Counted from the first letter of the stretch, positions 51,301-62,711 are shown. The stretch is DNA of 64,000 nucleotides from Nemertoderma westbladi (GCA_032718475.1 JAUCBJ010008370.1:15324-79323), one strand, 5' to 3'. Numbers and translations: made by a program. The notes: generated from the sequence alone by a model not told the origin.

Positions 51301-54300
51301 TCCCACTATCGGTTTGTTTATGTACAATGTTAATAAAAAAAAATTTCAACTTACATATAAACTCAATGTCGTAATAAACTATTTCTATTCTAGCGGGAAT
51401 GAGTTCCACCTTTGTCCGCTAGGTGATGTTGTTTATAGTTCGTACATCCACATGTTGGTGTTTCTATTTAATTTTAAGACATTCCGTATATAACCGCTAG
51501 ATGATGTTTCATCTCATGTTACACACCGACCTACCCTGCCAGCCATTGGTGACCGGAAGCAAGTCACCAGACTAGCCTCAGTTAAGACCCTAACACTTGA
51601 GTCCGAATTAATGAGGCAAAATGACCGCAAACACAAAGTGTTTAGTGGATTTAACAAATTAATTTAATTTCATGGAAAACATTAATTGAACAGTGATATG
51701 TCAACTGAAATTCAGTCCATCTTCAAGATTTCATCTCTGGGAATCAATGGGTTGTTTTCGCCTGAGACCCAGTTCAAGAAGGGAAATTGGAAAGCTACGG
51801 ACGTTACAAGTGCCAAATAGGTAGACCATTATTCTGTATCGCAAGAAATACTGTAAATATTTACTATAATTAATTTACCCCTCTCAATTCTCCCTTTAAT
51901 TCTCACCTTTTATTCTCCAATGATCATCGTTTTGGAGGCCAAGGTAATAATACTTAGTCTCCACGCTAGCCGAACTAAGAAATCTACCTTGCCACGGCAT
52001 GATTTGTCCTCTCTGTTGCAACAGCCCAATGTGAGATCCAGCTTCACACTGAAGCTAAGCGACAGGTATGAGGTTCTCGTCTCTGAGGCAGCAGGTCACT
52101 GCGAGTGCTATACTGCCTCCTCAAAGGCAGTTAAGTTAGCAGCTGCAGTCTGCAGAAACAGTAGGAAAAATGCACCCTGGACGGATTCGAGTATTCGGAA
52201 ATGGCGAAAACACCTCAATAAGGTTCAGAAAGGGACACACCATAAGACTGAACAAGGACGTAGTTACGCCATCCCGGAGGATGCCCTCCGGGCATCCACA
52301 CTTGCACCATTCTTATTCATAATTATAGTTCTACGGTACTGAAGATGGGGTGATGGTATCACTTCTTACTGGATTAAGAAGTCGAGTAGATTTATACAAT
52401 CACCTTACTGATCTAGATTTTGCTGATGACTTAAGGGTACTGTCAGAATCACTGGAGGGAGCCAAAAGGCTACATGAGAATGACTTATACTACTTGAGAT
52501 AATGGATGCGGAAGTCAGATAAAGAAAGACCTTTGGATACGTAAAGGGAAGGAAATGGTAGCATTGAATATTTTGTCCAGAATTTGGAAGTCCCATAGAA
52601 TTAAATGGAATGCAGAGGTTCGTTTACTGAGGGCAGCGCAGTAGAAGTGTCATGAGTGATTGATAGTTATGGCTGCGCCATGTTGTCTATGAGTCGGCAT
52701 AGTATTCTTAAATTGTATTCATATATATAAACGCAGCTGCAATGCAGCTATGTCCGCGTGGTGGTGTTTCTATCAGAGATAAAGTTTCATAACTCAAGCG
52801 GTTTTATATTTATACGCAAATAACTTCAGTAAATATCCGTCCCTTAACACAACACAACTAATTATTATTTCGATTTTATTTCGCTTTCCTTTCAGGGCGA
52901 TCGGGGGCCAACCGGGCCTTCCGGTAACAGCATAGAGGGTGATCGAGGTCAACCGGGACGGGAAGGCCCAAAAGGGGACCGTGGGGCCTCAGTGCGTGGC
53001 CCTAGGGGCTCAAAAGGCGAGCAGGGGGCCAAGGGAAACCAGGGGTGGACTGGGCCCAGTGGTCGAGATGGTGTGGGTGGAAGGAATGGAACAGACGGAC
53101 AAAAAGGAAGCAAGGTGACGTCATTATGTATACCATTTTAAATACATTGTCAAAAGTATGGAAATCGGATTCACACAATATGTGAGCCTATGTTTTCTCC
53201 GAGCTACGGTAGAGTCTCTTACTATAATAAATCGACCCTTCTGTGCTCTTATGGTGACATACTCCACATCCCTTAATGGTACACACACATGGCTGTATGA
53301 TGGCGGGATTTATTACATACGATACAAAAGATACAATACTCGTTTCACAAAAAATGAGATATTGTAGAACCTGGGTAACATTTTATTGTAAAAATCAAGC
53401 GCTACCCTGCAGATGAGCTTGCCGGCCACTACTATCGTAGATATTATCAGACTGATCTTAATTTTGTCATATGGCTGCCAACTGGTGAGAGGAAACGTGG
53501 ATTGTCAGACATTCTTAAAATGTTTACTAAAAGATAAACTTATTGATAATGCAGATTAATTTTGTATTTCCATAGCCATGAACTGAACTTTCTGTGAGAT
53601 ATCGCGTTGCAGAGCCAGGCCGCGATGCATCCTTGTGGTGTGGTCGATGCATTTTATAACCAATAATAAAAAATTGTTAACCCCGCCATTAAGTTACAGT
53701 ATACATAACAGTAATGAATTACATTCCAAATTCCCGACCATTTTATCAATTAAACCCACCGCCGAGGCCTAAATCTGACGGTGATAAGGGTTGATATAAC
53801 ATTTGTTTCTCGTCCCTGCAGGGTGATCCTGGGATAGACGGCCCAGAGGGGCAGAAGGGTGAACGCAGTGGAGTGTCTATAGCGGGGCCCCCCGGGAGTA
53901 GGGGGGCGAGGGGGGACGCGGGCCAGCCTGGCAAACCTGGACCAAATGATTGCCAAGAGTTAGTTGATTCTGGGGAGACTTCAATAATAGCGGTTAGTTA
54001 AACATCTTAAATAAATCTTTATCCTTTTTTTTTAATCCAAATAAAAAGTAAGGGAGGAGTGGTGGGAGGGGGTTGGTGTACATGAAACCTGGATTGTTTA
54101 ACTACTCCCAACCTTACTCACTGTGAATCAATGAACATGGTCCGCCCACGTTCATCACCCACTCATTTGACGTAAAACAACATTTTTCTATATTTACATA
54201 TTCCTTCAGAAAGTACATTATTATCCCACATGCCTTACCCTTCTTACATTAGTCGACACCTAATAATTAAATGCAGAATAAATAATAGTAATTCTGAGAA

Positions 54301-55327
54301 AGCCATCTGCTGCTGCAGTCAACTTTGGTCATTTTTTTCTAAATAATGTATTTTGATAAATAATATATGCAATGGGGAATCCATGAGTCTGACGTCATGA
54401 ACTAATAATTAAAGGTGACATTGGGCGCTTGTTATATATTTATATCAAACTAAAGAGTTAATTAATCATTTCAGTTTTGAATTAAGGTTACCTTAGGGAT
54501 AGACTTTAATTATTGTTCAAGTTTTTGCTCGGTTTTGCGCGCAAATTTTAAAACAACAGAGGTCAGAATTCAAACGATTTTACTTTGAAGGACGGATTGA
54601 CACTCATGATAGATAGATAGATACATGTCACAATTATTTAAACGTAGAGTAGCTGAGTGTGTAGTGGTGAGTAGCCTATAGATCTAGGATAACATTGTAA
54701 ATAATTCGTAAGACTTTGTTCGCAATCCTTGGCCTATCGGTCGAATAAATTAATTATCACTTTTGATTTTCATTTGGTTGAACCCTTCTAGTTAAGATGA
54801 TTGTTTTAAAATAATTTATAACCCAATCATTTTCGTTACCATTTCAGGGAGCTGTTGGGGAAATGGGACCGGACGGAGTACCTGGAACTCGAGGAGATAC
54901 TGGTCTGAAAGGAGACAAGGGGAGAGTCGGTCAGCCGGGGCATTTAGGGGACCAAGGTGAAGCAGGGCCCACAGGATTGCGTGGTCCAGAGGTTAGTCAG
55001 GGAATATCTCTGTGCACTGAGGGGTTGAGCACATATACTGCGGATTGGTGCAGTGTGTTGGTTAATGTTTCGTGGTTGTTTACTCCCTTTAAGTACAATG
55101 TACTTGTGCCTACACCTATACTGTACTTTAATCTAAATTTATTTACTACTAACAGGGTCAACCGGGACTGGAAGGCGTCACGGGCGAATTCGGGTACCCG
55201 GGGGAGAAAGGCGACAAAGGAGTACCCGGTAGAAACGGCGTCGACGGAGAGAGAGGATACAAGGGCGATACCGGACCGAAAGGAGACATTGGGTTGCAGG
55301 GGTTCCCAGGTCAACCGGGGACCAACG
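37960..55327 (+). CDS. COL4A1: Type IV collagen alpha chain, alpha1-like; 5' part, 7 coding exons, gene continues beyond right edge
   Basis: Exons: 37960-38043, 41547-41612, 50991-51233, 52896-53114, 53822-53992, 54848-54991, 55156-55327. Signal peptide, then ACRGC...CVCNATKGIKGSRG, the canonical 7S end PQGCNGTKG, and interrupted Gly-X-Y. Junctions are GT-AG and in phase. Confidence 0.9.
38480..41016. mobile_element. TA-flanked foldback MITE (Tc1/mariner-like), interrupted by a LINE
   Basis: TA|CACCATG...GGAATATAGTGTCGTTATT and its reverse complement ending CATGGTG|TA; long inverted arms at 40165-41016. Confidence 0.85.
38527..40161 (+). mobile_element. 5'-truncated RTE-type LINE inserted in the left TIR of a MITE
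   Basis: [33 protein letters not shown]; (TAG)4 tail; TSD TGGACC at 38521-38526 and 40162-40167. Confidence 0.93.
41547..41612 (+). CDS. collagen IV (plus gene) exon 2, 7S cysteine cluster
   Basis: TTGCAG acceptor; ACRGCVGDLLEQCVCNATKGIK; donor GTAAGT. Confidence 0.85.
42517..42682. repeat. Long palindrome, arms about 80 bp
   Basis: TTGAAATTACAACTTTAGAGAGCTGATTAACTACATAAACTA followed by its reverse complement. Confidence 0.9.
43832..44695. mobile_element. Second copy of the same TA-flanked foldback MITE
   Basis: TA|CACCATATCCTGGAATATAGTGTCG...CGACACTATATTCCAGGACATGGTG|TA; internal sequence homologous to 40165-41016. Confidence 0.88.
45616..45903 (+). CDS. Hypothetical 95-aa protein with N-terminal MGCxxSK acylation-like motif and K/E-rich coiled-coil-like C-terminus
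   Basis: ATG-to-TGA ORF in very AT-rich DNA; A-rich start context; TATATAAA near 45504. No homology recognised. Confidence 0.4.
   Translation: MGCKGSKDSPSSHPSVKIKIVTEKKVTKVKSEEFLPVSAVTSDKSMALLKQKGLNSEKKCKEVRSLLMEIEECNKKTKDLESVIRSKSGEISELT
45973..47916. mobile_element. Nested non-autonomous TIR elements (outer 45973-47916, inner 46201-47085, palindromic 47335-47832)
   Basis: ACTATAGTTCT..TTCCGACACCCT versus AGGGTGTGTCGGAA..AGAACTATAGT; ACTAGTGTG..TATAGGTACACCC versus GGGTGTACCTATA..CACACTAGT; 47690-47832 also matches 43128-43280 in inverted orientation. Confidence 0.65.
50991..51233 (+). CDS. collagen IV (plus gene) exon 3, 7S triple helix
   Basis: GSRGYPGPLG...GPQGCNGTK. Confidence 0.93.
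51800..52765 (+). mobile_element. Decayed, internally deleted RTE-type LINE related to the 38527-40161 family
   Basis: Blocks match 39185-39380 (CACACTTGCACCATTCTT; ACTGATCTAGA.TTTGCTGATGACTTA) and the 3' end GCAGCTGCAATGCAGC; upstream endonuclease-like remnants (DHIL, NDH); boundaries approximate. Confidence 0.7.
52896..53114 (+). CDS. collagen IV (plus gene) exon 4
   Basis: GDRGPTGPSGNSIEGDRG...GQKGSK. Confidence 0.9.
53822..53992 (+). CDS. collagen IV (plus gene) exon 5
   Basis: GDPGIDGPEG...PGPNDCQELVDSGETSIIA; donor GTTAGT. Confidence 0.88.
54848..54991 (+). CDS. collagen IV (plus gene) exon 6
   Basis: GAVGEMGPDG...GLRGPE; donor GTTAGT. Confidence 0.9.
55156..55327 (+). CDS. collagen IV (plus gene) exon 7; its 3' end seeds the 41-bp array
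   Basis: GQPGLEGVTG...GLQGFPGQPGTN, then G|GTTAGT. Confidence 0.88.
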
Positions 55328-58300
55328 GTTAGTTAGGGTTGCAGGGGTCGTCCCAGGTCTACCAATGGTTAGTGAGGGTTACAGGGGGCCGTCCCAGGTC
55401 TACCAATTGTTAGTGAGTGTTACAGGGGGTCGTCCCAGGTCTACCAATGGTTAGTGAGGGTTACAGGGGGTCATCCCAGGTCTACCAATGGTTAGTGAGG
55501 GTTACAGGGGGCCGTCCAATGTCTACCAATGGTTAGTGAGGGTTACAGGGGGTCGTCCCAGGGGTACCAATGGTTAGTGAGGGTTACAGGGGGCCGTTCC
55601 AGGTCTACCAATGGTTAGTGAGGGTTACAGGGGGCCGTCCCAGGTCAACCGGGGACCAATGGTTAGCGGGGGTTGCAGGGGTCGTCCCAGATCTACCAAT
55701 GGTTAGTGATGGTTACAAAGGGTCGTCCCAGGTCTACCAATGGTTAGTGAGGGTTACAAGGGGTCGTCCCAGGTCTACCAATGGTTAGTGAGGGTTACAA
55801 GGGGTCGTCCCTGGTCTACCAATGGTTAGTGAGGGTTACAGGGGGTCGTCCCAGGTCTACCAATGGTTAGTGAGGGTTACAGGGGGTCGTCCCAGGTCTA
55901 CCAATGGTTAGTGAGGGTTACAGGGGGTCGTCCCAGGTCTACCAATGGTTAGTGAGGGTTACAGGGGGCCGTCCCAGGTCTACCAATGGTTAGTGAGGGT
56001 TACAGGAGGTCGTCCCAGGTCTACCAATGGTTAGTGAGGGTTACAGGGGGCCGTCCCAGGTCTACCAATGGTTAGTGAGGGTTACAGGGGGCCGTCCCAG
56101 GTCTACCAATGGTTAGTGAGGGTTACAGGGGGCCGTCCCAGGTCTACCAATGGTTAGTGAGGGTTACAGGGGGTCGTCCCAGGTCTACCAATGGTTAGTG
56201 AGGGTTACAGGGGGCCGTTCCCAGGTCTACCAATGGTTAGTGAGGGTTACAGGGGGCCGTCCCAGGTCCACCAATGGTTAGTGAGTGTTACAGGGGGTCG
56301 TCCCAGGTCTACCAATGGTTAGTGAGTGTTACAGGGGGTCGTCCCAGGTCTACCAATGGTTAGTGAGGGTTACAGGGGGCCGTCCCAGGTCTACCAATGG
56401 TTAGTGAGGGTTACAGGGGGTCGTCCCAGGTCTACCAATGGTTAGTGAGTGTTACAGGGGGTCGTCCCAGGTCTACCAATGGTTAGTGAGTGTTACAGGG
56501 GGTCGTCCCAGGTCTACCAATGGTTAGTGAGGGTTACAGGGGGTCGTCCCAGGTCTACCAATGGTTAGTGAGGGTTACAGGGGGTCGTCCCAGGTCTACC
56601 AATGGTTAGTGAGGGTTACAGGGGGCCGTCCCAGGTCTACCAATGGTTAGTGAAGTGAGGGTTACAGGGCGCCGTCCCAGGTCTACCAATGGTTACAGAG
56701 GGCCGTCCCAGGTCTACCAATGGTTAGTGAGGGTTACAGGGGTCGTCCCAGGTCTACCAATAGTTAGTGAGGGTTACAGGCGGTCGTCCCAGGTCTACCA
56801 ATGGTTAGTGAGGGTTACAGGGGGCCGTCCCAGGTCTACCAATGGTTAGTGTAGGGTTACAGGGGGTCGTCCCAGGTCTACCAATGGTTAGTGAGGGTTA
56901 CAGGGGGCCGTCCCAGGTCTACCAATGGTTAGTGAGGGTTACAGGGGGTCGTCCCAGGTCTACCAATGGTTAGTGAGGGTTACAAGGGGTCGTCCCAGGT
57001 CTACCAATGGTTAGTGAGGGTTACAAGGGGTCGTCCCAGCTCTACCAATGGTTAGTGAGGGTTACAGGAGGTCGTCCCAGGTCTACCAATGGTTAGTGAG
57101 GGTTACAGGGGGCCGTCCCAGGTCTACCAATGGTTAGTGAAGTGAGGGTTACAGGGCGCCGTCCCAGGTCTACCAATGGTTAGTGAGGGTTACAGCGGGT
57201 CGTCCCAGGTCTACCAATGGTTAGTGAGGGTTACAGGGGGTCGTCCCAGGTCTACCAATGGTTAGTGAGGGTTACAGGGGGCGTCCCAGGTCTACCAATG
57301 GTTAGTGAGGGTTACAGGGGGGCGTCCCAGGTCTACCAATGGTCAGTGTGGGTTACAGGGGGCCGTCCCAGGTCTACCAATGGTTAGTGTGGGTTACAGG
57401 GGGCCGTCCCAGGTCTACCAATGGTTAGTGAGGGTTACAGGGGGGCGCCCCAGGTCTACCAATGGTTAGTGTGGGTTACAGGGGGCCGTCCCAGGTCTAC
57501 CAATGGTTAGTGAGGGTTACAGGGTGGCGTCCCAGGTCTACCAATGGTTAGTGAGTGTTACATGGGGGCGTCACAGGTCTACCAATGGTTAGTGAGGGTT
57601 ACAGCGGGTCGTCCCAGGTCTACCACTGGTTAGTGAGGGTTACAGGGGGTCGTCCCAGGTCTACCAATGGTTAGTGAGGGTTACAGGGGGTCGTCCCAGG
57701 TCTACCAATTGTTAGTGAGGGTTACAGGGGTCGTCCCAGGTCTACCAATGGTTAGTGAGGGTTACAGGGGGGCGTCCCAGGTCTACCAATGGTTAGTGAG
57801 GGTTACAGGGGGGCGTCCCAGGTCTACCAATGGTTAGTGAGTGTTACAGGGGGTCGTCCCAAGTCTACCAATGGTTAGTGAGGGTTACAGGGGGTCGTTC
57901 CAGGTCTACCAATGGTTAGTGAGGGTTACAGGGGGGCGTCCCAGGTCTACCAATGGTTAGTGAGGGTTACAGGGGGCCGTCCCAGGTCTACCAATGGTTA
58001 GTGAAGTGAGGGTTACAGGGCGCCGTCCCAGGTCTACCAATGGTTAATGAGGGTTACAGCGGGCCGTCCCAGGTCTACCAATGGTTAGTGAGGGTTACAG
58101 CGGGTCGTCCCAGGTCTACCAATGGTTAGTGAGGGTTACAGGGGGGTCGTCCCAGGTCTACCAATGGTTAGTGAGGGTTACAGGGGGCCGTCCCAGGTCT
58201 ACCAATGGTTAGTGAGTGTTACAGGGGGTCGTCCCAGGTCTACCAATGGTTAGTGAGTGTTACAGGGGGTCGTCCCAGGTCTACCAATGGTTAGTGAGGG

Positions 58301-61173
58301 TTACAGGGGGCCGTCCCAGGTCTACCAAAGGTGAGTGAGGGTTACAGGGGGCCGTCCCGGGTCTACCAATGGTTAGTGAGTGTTACAGGGGGTCGTCCCA
58401 AGTCTACCAATGGTTAGTGAGGAGGGTTACAGGGGGGCGTCCCAGGTCTACCAATGGTTAGTGAGGGTTACAAGGGGTCGTCCCAGGTCTACCAATGGTT
58501 AGTGAGGGTTACAGGGGGCCGTCCCAGGTCTACCAATGGATAGTGAAGTGAGGGTTGCAGGAGGCCGTCCCAGGTCTACCAATGGTTAGTGAGGGTTACA
58601 GGGCGTCGTCCCAGGTCTACCAATGGTTAGTGAGTGTTACAGGGGGTCGTCCCAGGTCTACCAATGGTTAGTGAGGGTTACAGGGGGCCGTCCCAGGTCT
58701 ACCAAAGGTGAGTGAGGGTTACAGGGGGCCGTCCCGGGTCTACCAATGGTTAGTGAGGTTACAGGGGGACTGTCCCAGGTTTACCAATGGTTAGTGAGGG
58801 TTACAGGGGGGCGTCCCAGGTCTACCAATGGTTAGTGAGGGTTACAGGGGGGCGTCCCCCCCCCCCCCCAATGGTTAGTGAGGGTTTCAGGGGGGCCGTC
58901 CAAGGTCTACCAATGGTTAGTGAGGGTTACAGGGGGCCGTCCCGGGTCTACCAATGGTTAGTGAGTGTTACAGGGGGTCGTCCCAAGTCTACCAATGGTT
59001 AGTGAGGAGGGTTACAGGGGGGCGTCCCAGGTCTACCAATGGTTAGTGAGGGTTACAAGGGGTCGTCCCAGGTCTACCAATGGTTAGTGAGGGTTACAGG
59101 GGGCCGTCCCAGGTCTACCAATGGATAGTGAAGTGAGGGTTGCAGGAGGCCGTCCCAGGTCTACCAATGGTTAGTGAGGGTTACAGGGCGTCGTCCCAGG
59201 TCTACCAATGGTTAGTGAGTGTTACAGGGGGTCGTCCCAGGTCTACCAATGGTTAGTGAGGGTTACAGGGGGCCGTCCCAGGTCTACCAATGGTTAGTGA
59301 GGGTTACAGGGGGTCGTCCCAGGTCTACCAATGGTTAGTGAGGAGGGTTACAGGGGGGCGTCCCAGGTCTACCAATGGTTAGTGAGGGTTACAAGGGGTC
59401 GTCCCAGGTCTACCAATGGTTAGTGAGGGTTACAGGGGGCCGTCCCAGGTCTACCAATGGTTAGTGAAGTGAGGGTTACAGGGCGCCGTCCCAGGTCTAC
59501 CAATGGTTAATGAGGGTTACAGCGGGCCGTCCCAGGTCTACCAATGGTTAGTGAGGGTTACAGCGGGTCGTCCCAGGTCTACCAATGGTTAGTGAGGGTT
59601 ACAGGGGGGTCGTCCCAGGTCTACCAATGGTTAGTGAGGGTTACAGGGGGCCGTCCCAGGTCTACCAATGGTTAGTGAGTGTTACAGGGGGTCGTCCCAG
59701 GTCTACCAATGGTTAGTGAGTGTTACAGGGGGTCGTCCCAGGTCTACCAATGGTTAGTGAGGGTTACAGGGGGCCGTCCCAGGTCTACCAAAGGTGAGTG
59801 AGGGTTACAGGGGGCCGTCCCGGGTCTACCAATGGTTAGTGAGTGTTACAGGGGGTCGTCCCAAGTCTACCAATGGTTAGTGAGGAGGGTTACAGGGGGG
59901 CGTCCCAGGTCTACCAATGGTTAGTGAGGGTTACAAGGGGTCGTCCCAGGTCTACCAATGGTTAGTGAGGGTTACAGGGGGCCGTCCCAGGTCTACCAAT
60001 GGATAGTGAAGTGAGGGTTGCAGGAGGCCGTCCCAGGTCTACCAATGGTTAGTGAGGGTTACAGGGCGTCGTCCCAGGTCTACCAATGGTTAGTGAGTGT
60101 TACAGGGGGTCGTCCCAGGTCTACCAATGGTTAGTGAGGGTTACAGGGGGCCGTCCCAGGTCTACCAAAGGTGAGTGAGGGTTACAGGGGGCCGTCCCGG
60201 GTCTACCAATGGTTAGTGAGGTTACAGGGGGACTGTCCCAGGTTTACCAATGGTTAGTGAGGGTTACAGGGGGGCGTCCCAGGTCTACCAATGGTTAGTG
60301 AGGGTTACAGGGGGGCGTCCCCCCCCCCCCCCAATGGTTAGTGAGGGTTTCAGGGGGGCCGTCCAAGGTCTACCAATGGTTAGTGAGGGTTACAGGGGGC
60401 CGTCCCAGGTCTACCAATGGTTAGTGAGGGTTACAGGGGGGTCGTCCCAGGTCTACCAATGGTTAGTGAGGGTTACAGGGGGGCGTCCCAGGTCTACCAA
60501 TGGTTAGTGAGGGTTACAAGGGGTCGTCCCAGGTCTACCAATGGTTAGTGAGGGTTACAGGGGGCCGTCCCAGGTCTACCAATGGATAGTGAAGTGAGGG
60601 TTGCAGGAGGCCGTCCCAGGTCTACCAATGGTTAGTGAGGGTTACAGGGCGTCGTCCCAGGTCTACCAATGGTTAGTGAGTGTTACAGGGGGTCGTCCCA
60701 GGTCTACCAATGGTTAGTGAGGGTTACAGGGGGCCGTCCCAGGTCTACCAAAGGTGAGTGAGGGTTACAGGGGGCCGTCCCGGGTCTACCAATGGTTAGT
60801 GAGGTTACAGGGGGACTGTCCCAGGTTTACCAATGGTTAGTGAGGGTTACAGGGGGGCGTCCCAGGTCTACCAATGGTTAGTGAGGGTTACAGGGGGGCG
60901 TCCCCCCCCCCCCAATGGTTAGTGAGGGTTTCAGGGGGGCCGTCCAAGGTCTACCAATGGTTAGTGAGGGTTACAGGGGGCGTCCCAGGTCTACCAATGG
61001 TTAGTGAGGGTTACAGGGGGGCCGTCCCAGGTCTACCATTGGTTACTGAGGGTTACAGGGGGGCGTCCCAGGTCTACCAATGGTTAGTGAGGGTTACAGG
61101 GGGTCGTCCCAGGTCTACCAATGGTTAGTGAGGGTTACAGGGGGGCGTCCCAGGTCTACCAATGGTTAGTGAG
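55328..61173. repeat. 41-bp satellite, about 140 units, derived from collagen exon end plus donor site
   Basis: Unit GTTAGTGAGGGTTACAGGGGGTCGTCCCAGGTCTACCAATG. Confidence 0.97.
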
Positions 61174-62055
61174 TATCAACGCACAACTCGGTCGTTGATA
61201 TGTTTATAAACTAAATCAATAAACGAAACAGGATGGACCTTTGAGTTGTGTCATTTGTCATATGTATGTAAGCATCTAACCTTAGCTAAAAGAACATGTA
61301 TAAATATAAATGAAATATAATAATAATAATTGTCAATATAATCTCAATAGCATTTCTAAATTACACTAAGATAACAAGATGAATATAATTAATGCACTAT
61401 GTTAATGTATACGGTAACGTTAATAATAATGATAATTGCAATAATGTTGATAAGTAGATTTATGTGGTTTAATCAGTAATCTTAATTGTTATGATGTTAA
61501 TACATTAATGAAAGATCCAACTCTAAACATACTGAAACCGGCTGTGCTTCCCTAACGCTTCAGTGTCACTGTCAGATAACTAGCTATAACAGCCGCTATA
61601 TCATATAGGAAATATGTAAGGCAATATAAACCTACAGGAAAGTACATATGAGATAAACAAACATTGCATGTGAGCCAATCAGAGAGATATACACCTTATA
61701 AACAAGGAGAAACACTGGTTGAGTAATATTAGATATTGTGGACAGGTTGGCCAATAGGGAAGGTTTACTAAAGCTGCTGATAATTACTGTGGGCATTGTA
61801 TAACTATACTAAGGTATACCATACCTATCCTCTTTATCCATATAATAATGTAGCGCACTTATAAAAGATAACATAGAATGTATGGGCCTATCTTTATATA
61901 ACTATAGTTAGGACAACGCATAATAACAGGGTGAATGATGTGGGGAGAGTCATATGGTTGGGTTAGGACAAAAGATATAACAACAATGAGTAGGTCATCA
62001 ACATCCCCACACTCAAGGTATGGGTACAATACCCTACCTTCACAAACTGAAAATG

Positions 62056-62711
62056 TATAAACCTGGCATAGTATGACAATATAAACCTGGCATAGTATGA
62101 CAATATAAACCTGGCATAGTATGACAATATAAACCTGGCATAGTATGACAATATAAACCTGGCATAGTATGACAATATAAACCTGGCATAGTATGACAAT
62201 ATAAACCTGGCATAGTATGACAATATAAACCTGGCATAGTATGACAATATAAACCTGGCATAGTATGACAATATAAACCTGGCATAGTATGACAATATAA
62301 ACCTGGCATAGTATGACAATATAAACCTGGCATAGTATGACAATATAAACCTGGCATAGTATGACAATATAAACCTGGCATAGTATGACAATATAAACCT
62401 GGCATAGTATGACAATATAAACCTGGCATAGTATGACAATATAAACCTGGCATAGTATGACAATATAAACCTGGCATAGTATGACAATATAAACCTGGCA
62501 TAGTATGACAATATAAACCTGGCATAGTATGACAATATAAACCTGGCATAGTATGACAATATAAACCTGGCATAGTATGACAATATAAACCTGGCATAGT
62601 ATGACAATATAAACCTGGCATAGTATGACAATATAAACCTGGCATAGTATGACAATATAAACCTGGCATAGTATGACAATATAAACCTGGCATAGTATGA
62701 CAATATAAACC
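62056..62711. repeat. 24-bp minisatellite, about 27 identical copies
   Basis: TATAAACCTGGCATAGTATGACAA. Confidence 0.98.

Noticed and set aside
55570-61128. Short ORFs in the 41-bp array as extra collagen exons
   Set aside because: The unit is not a multiple of 3, contains stops, and has no sustained Gly-X-Y.
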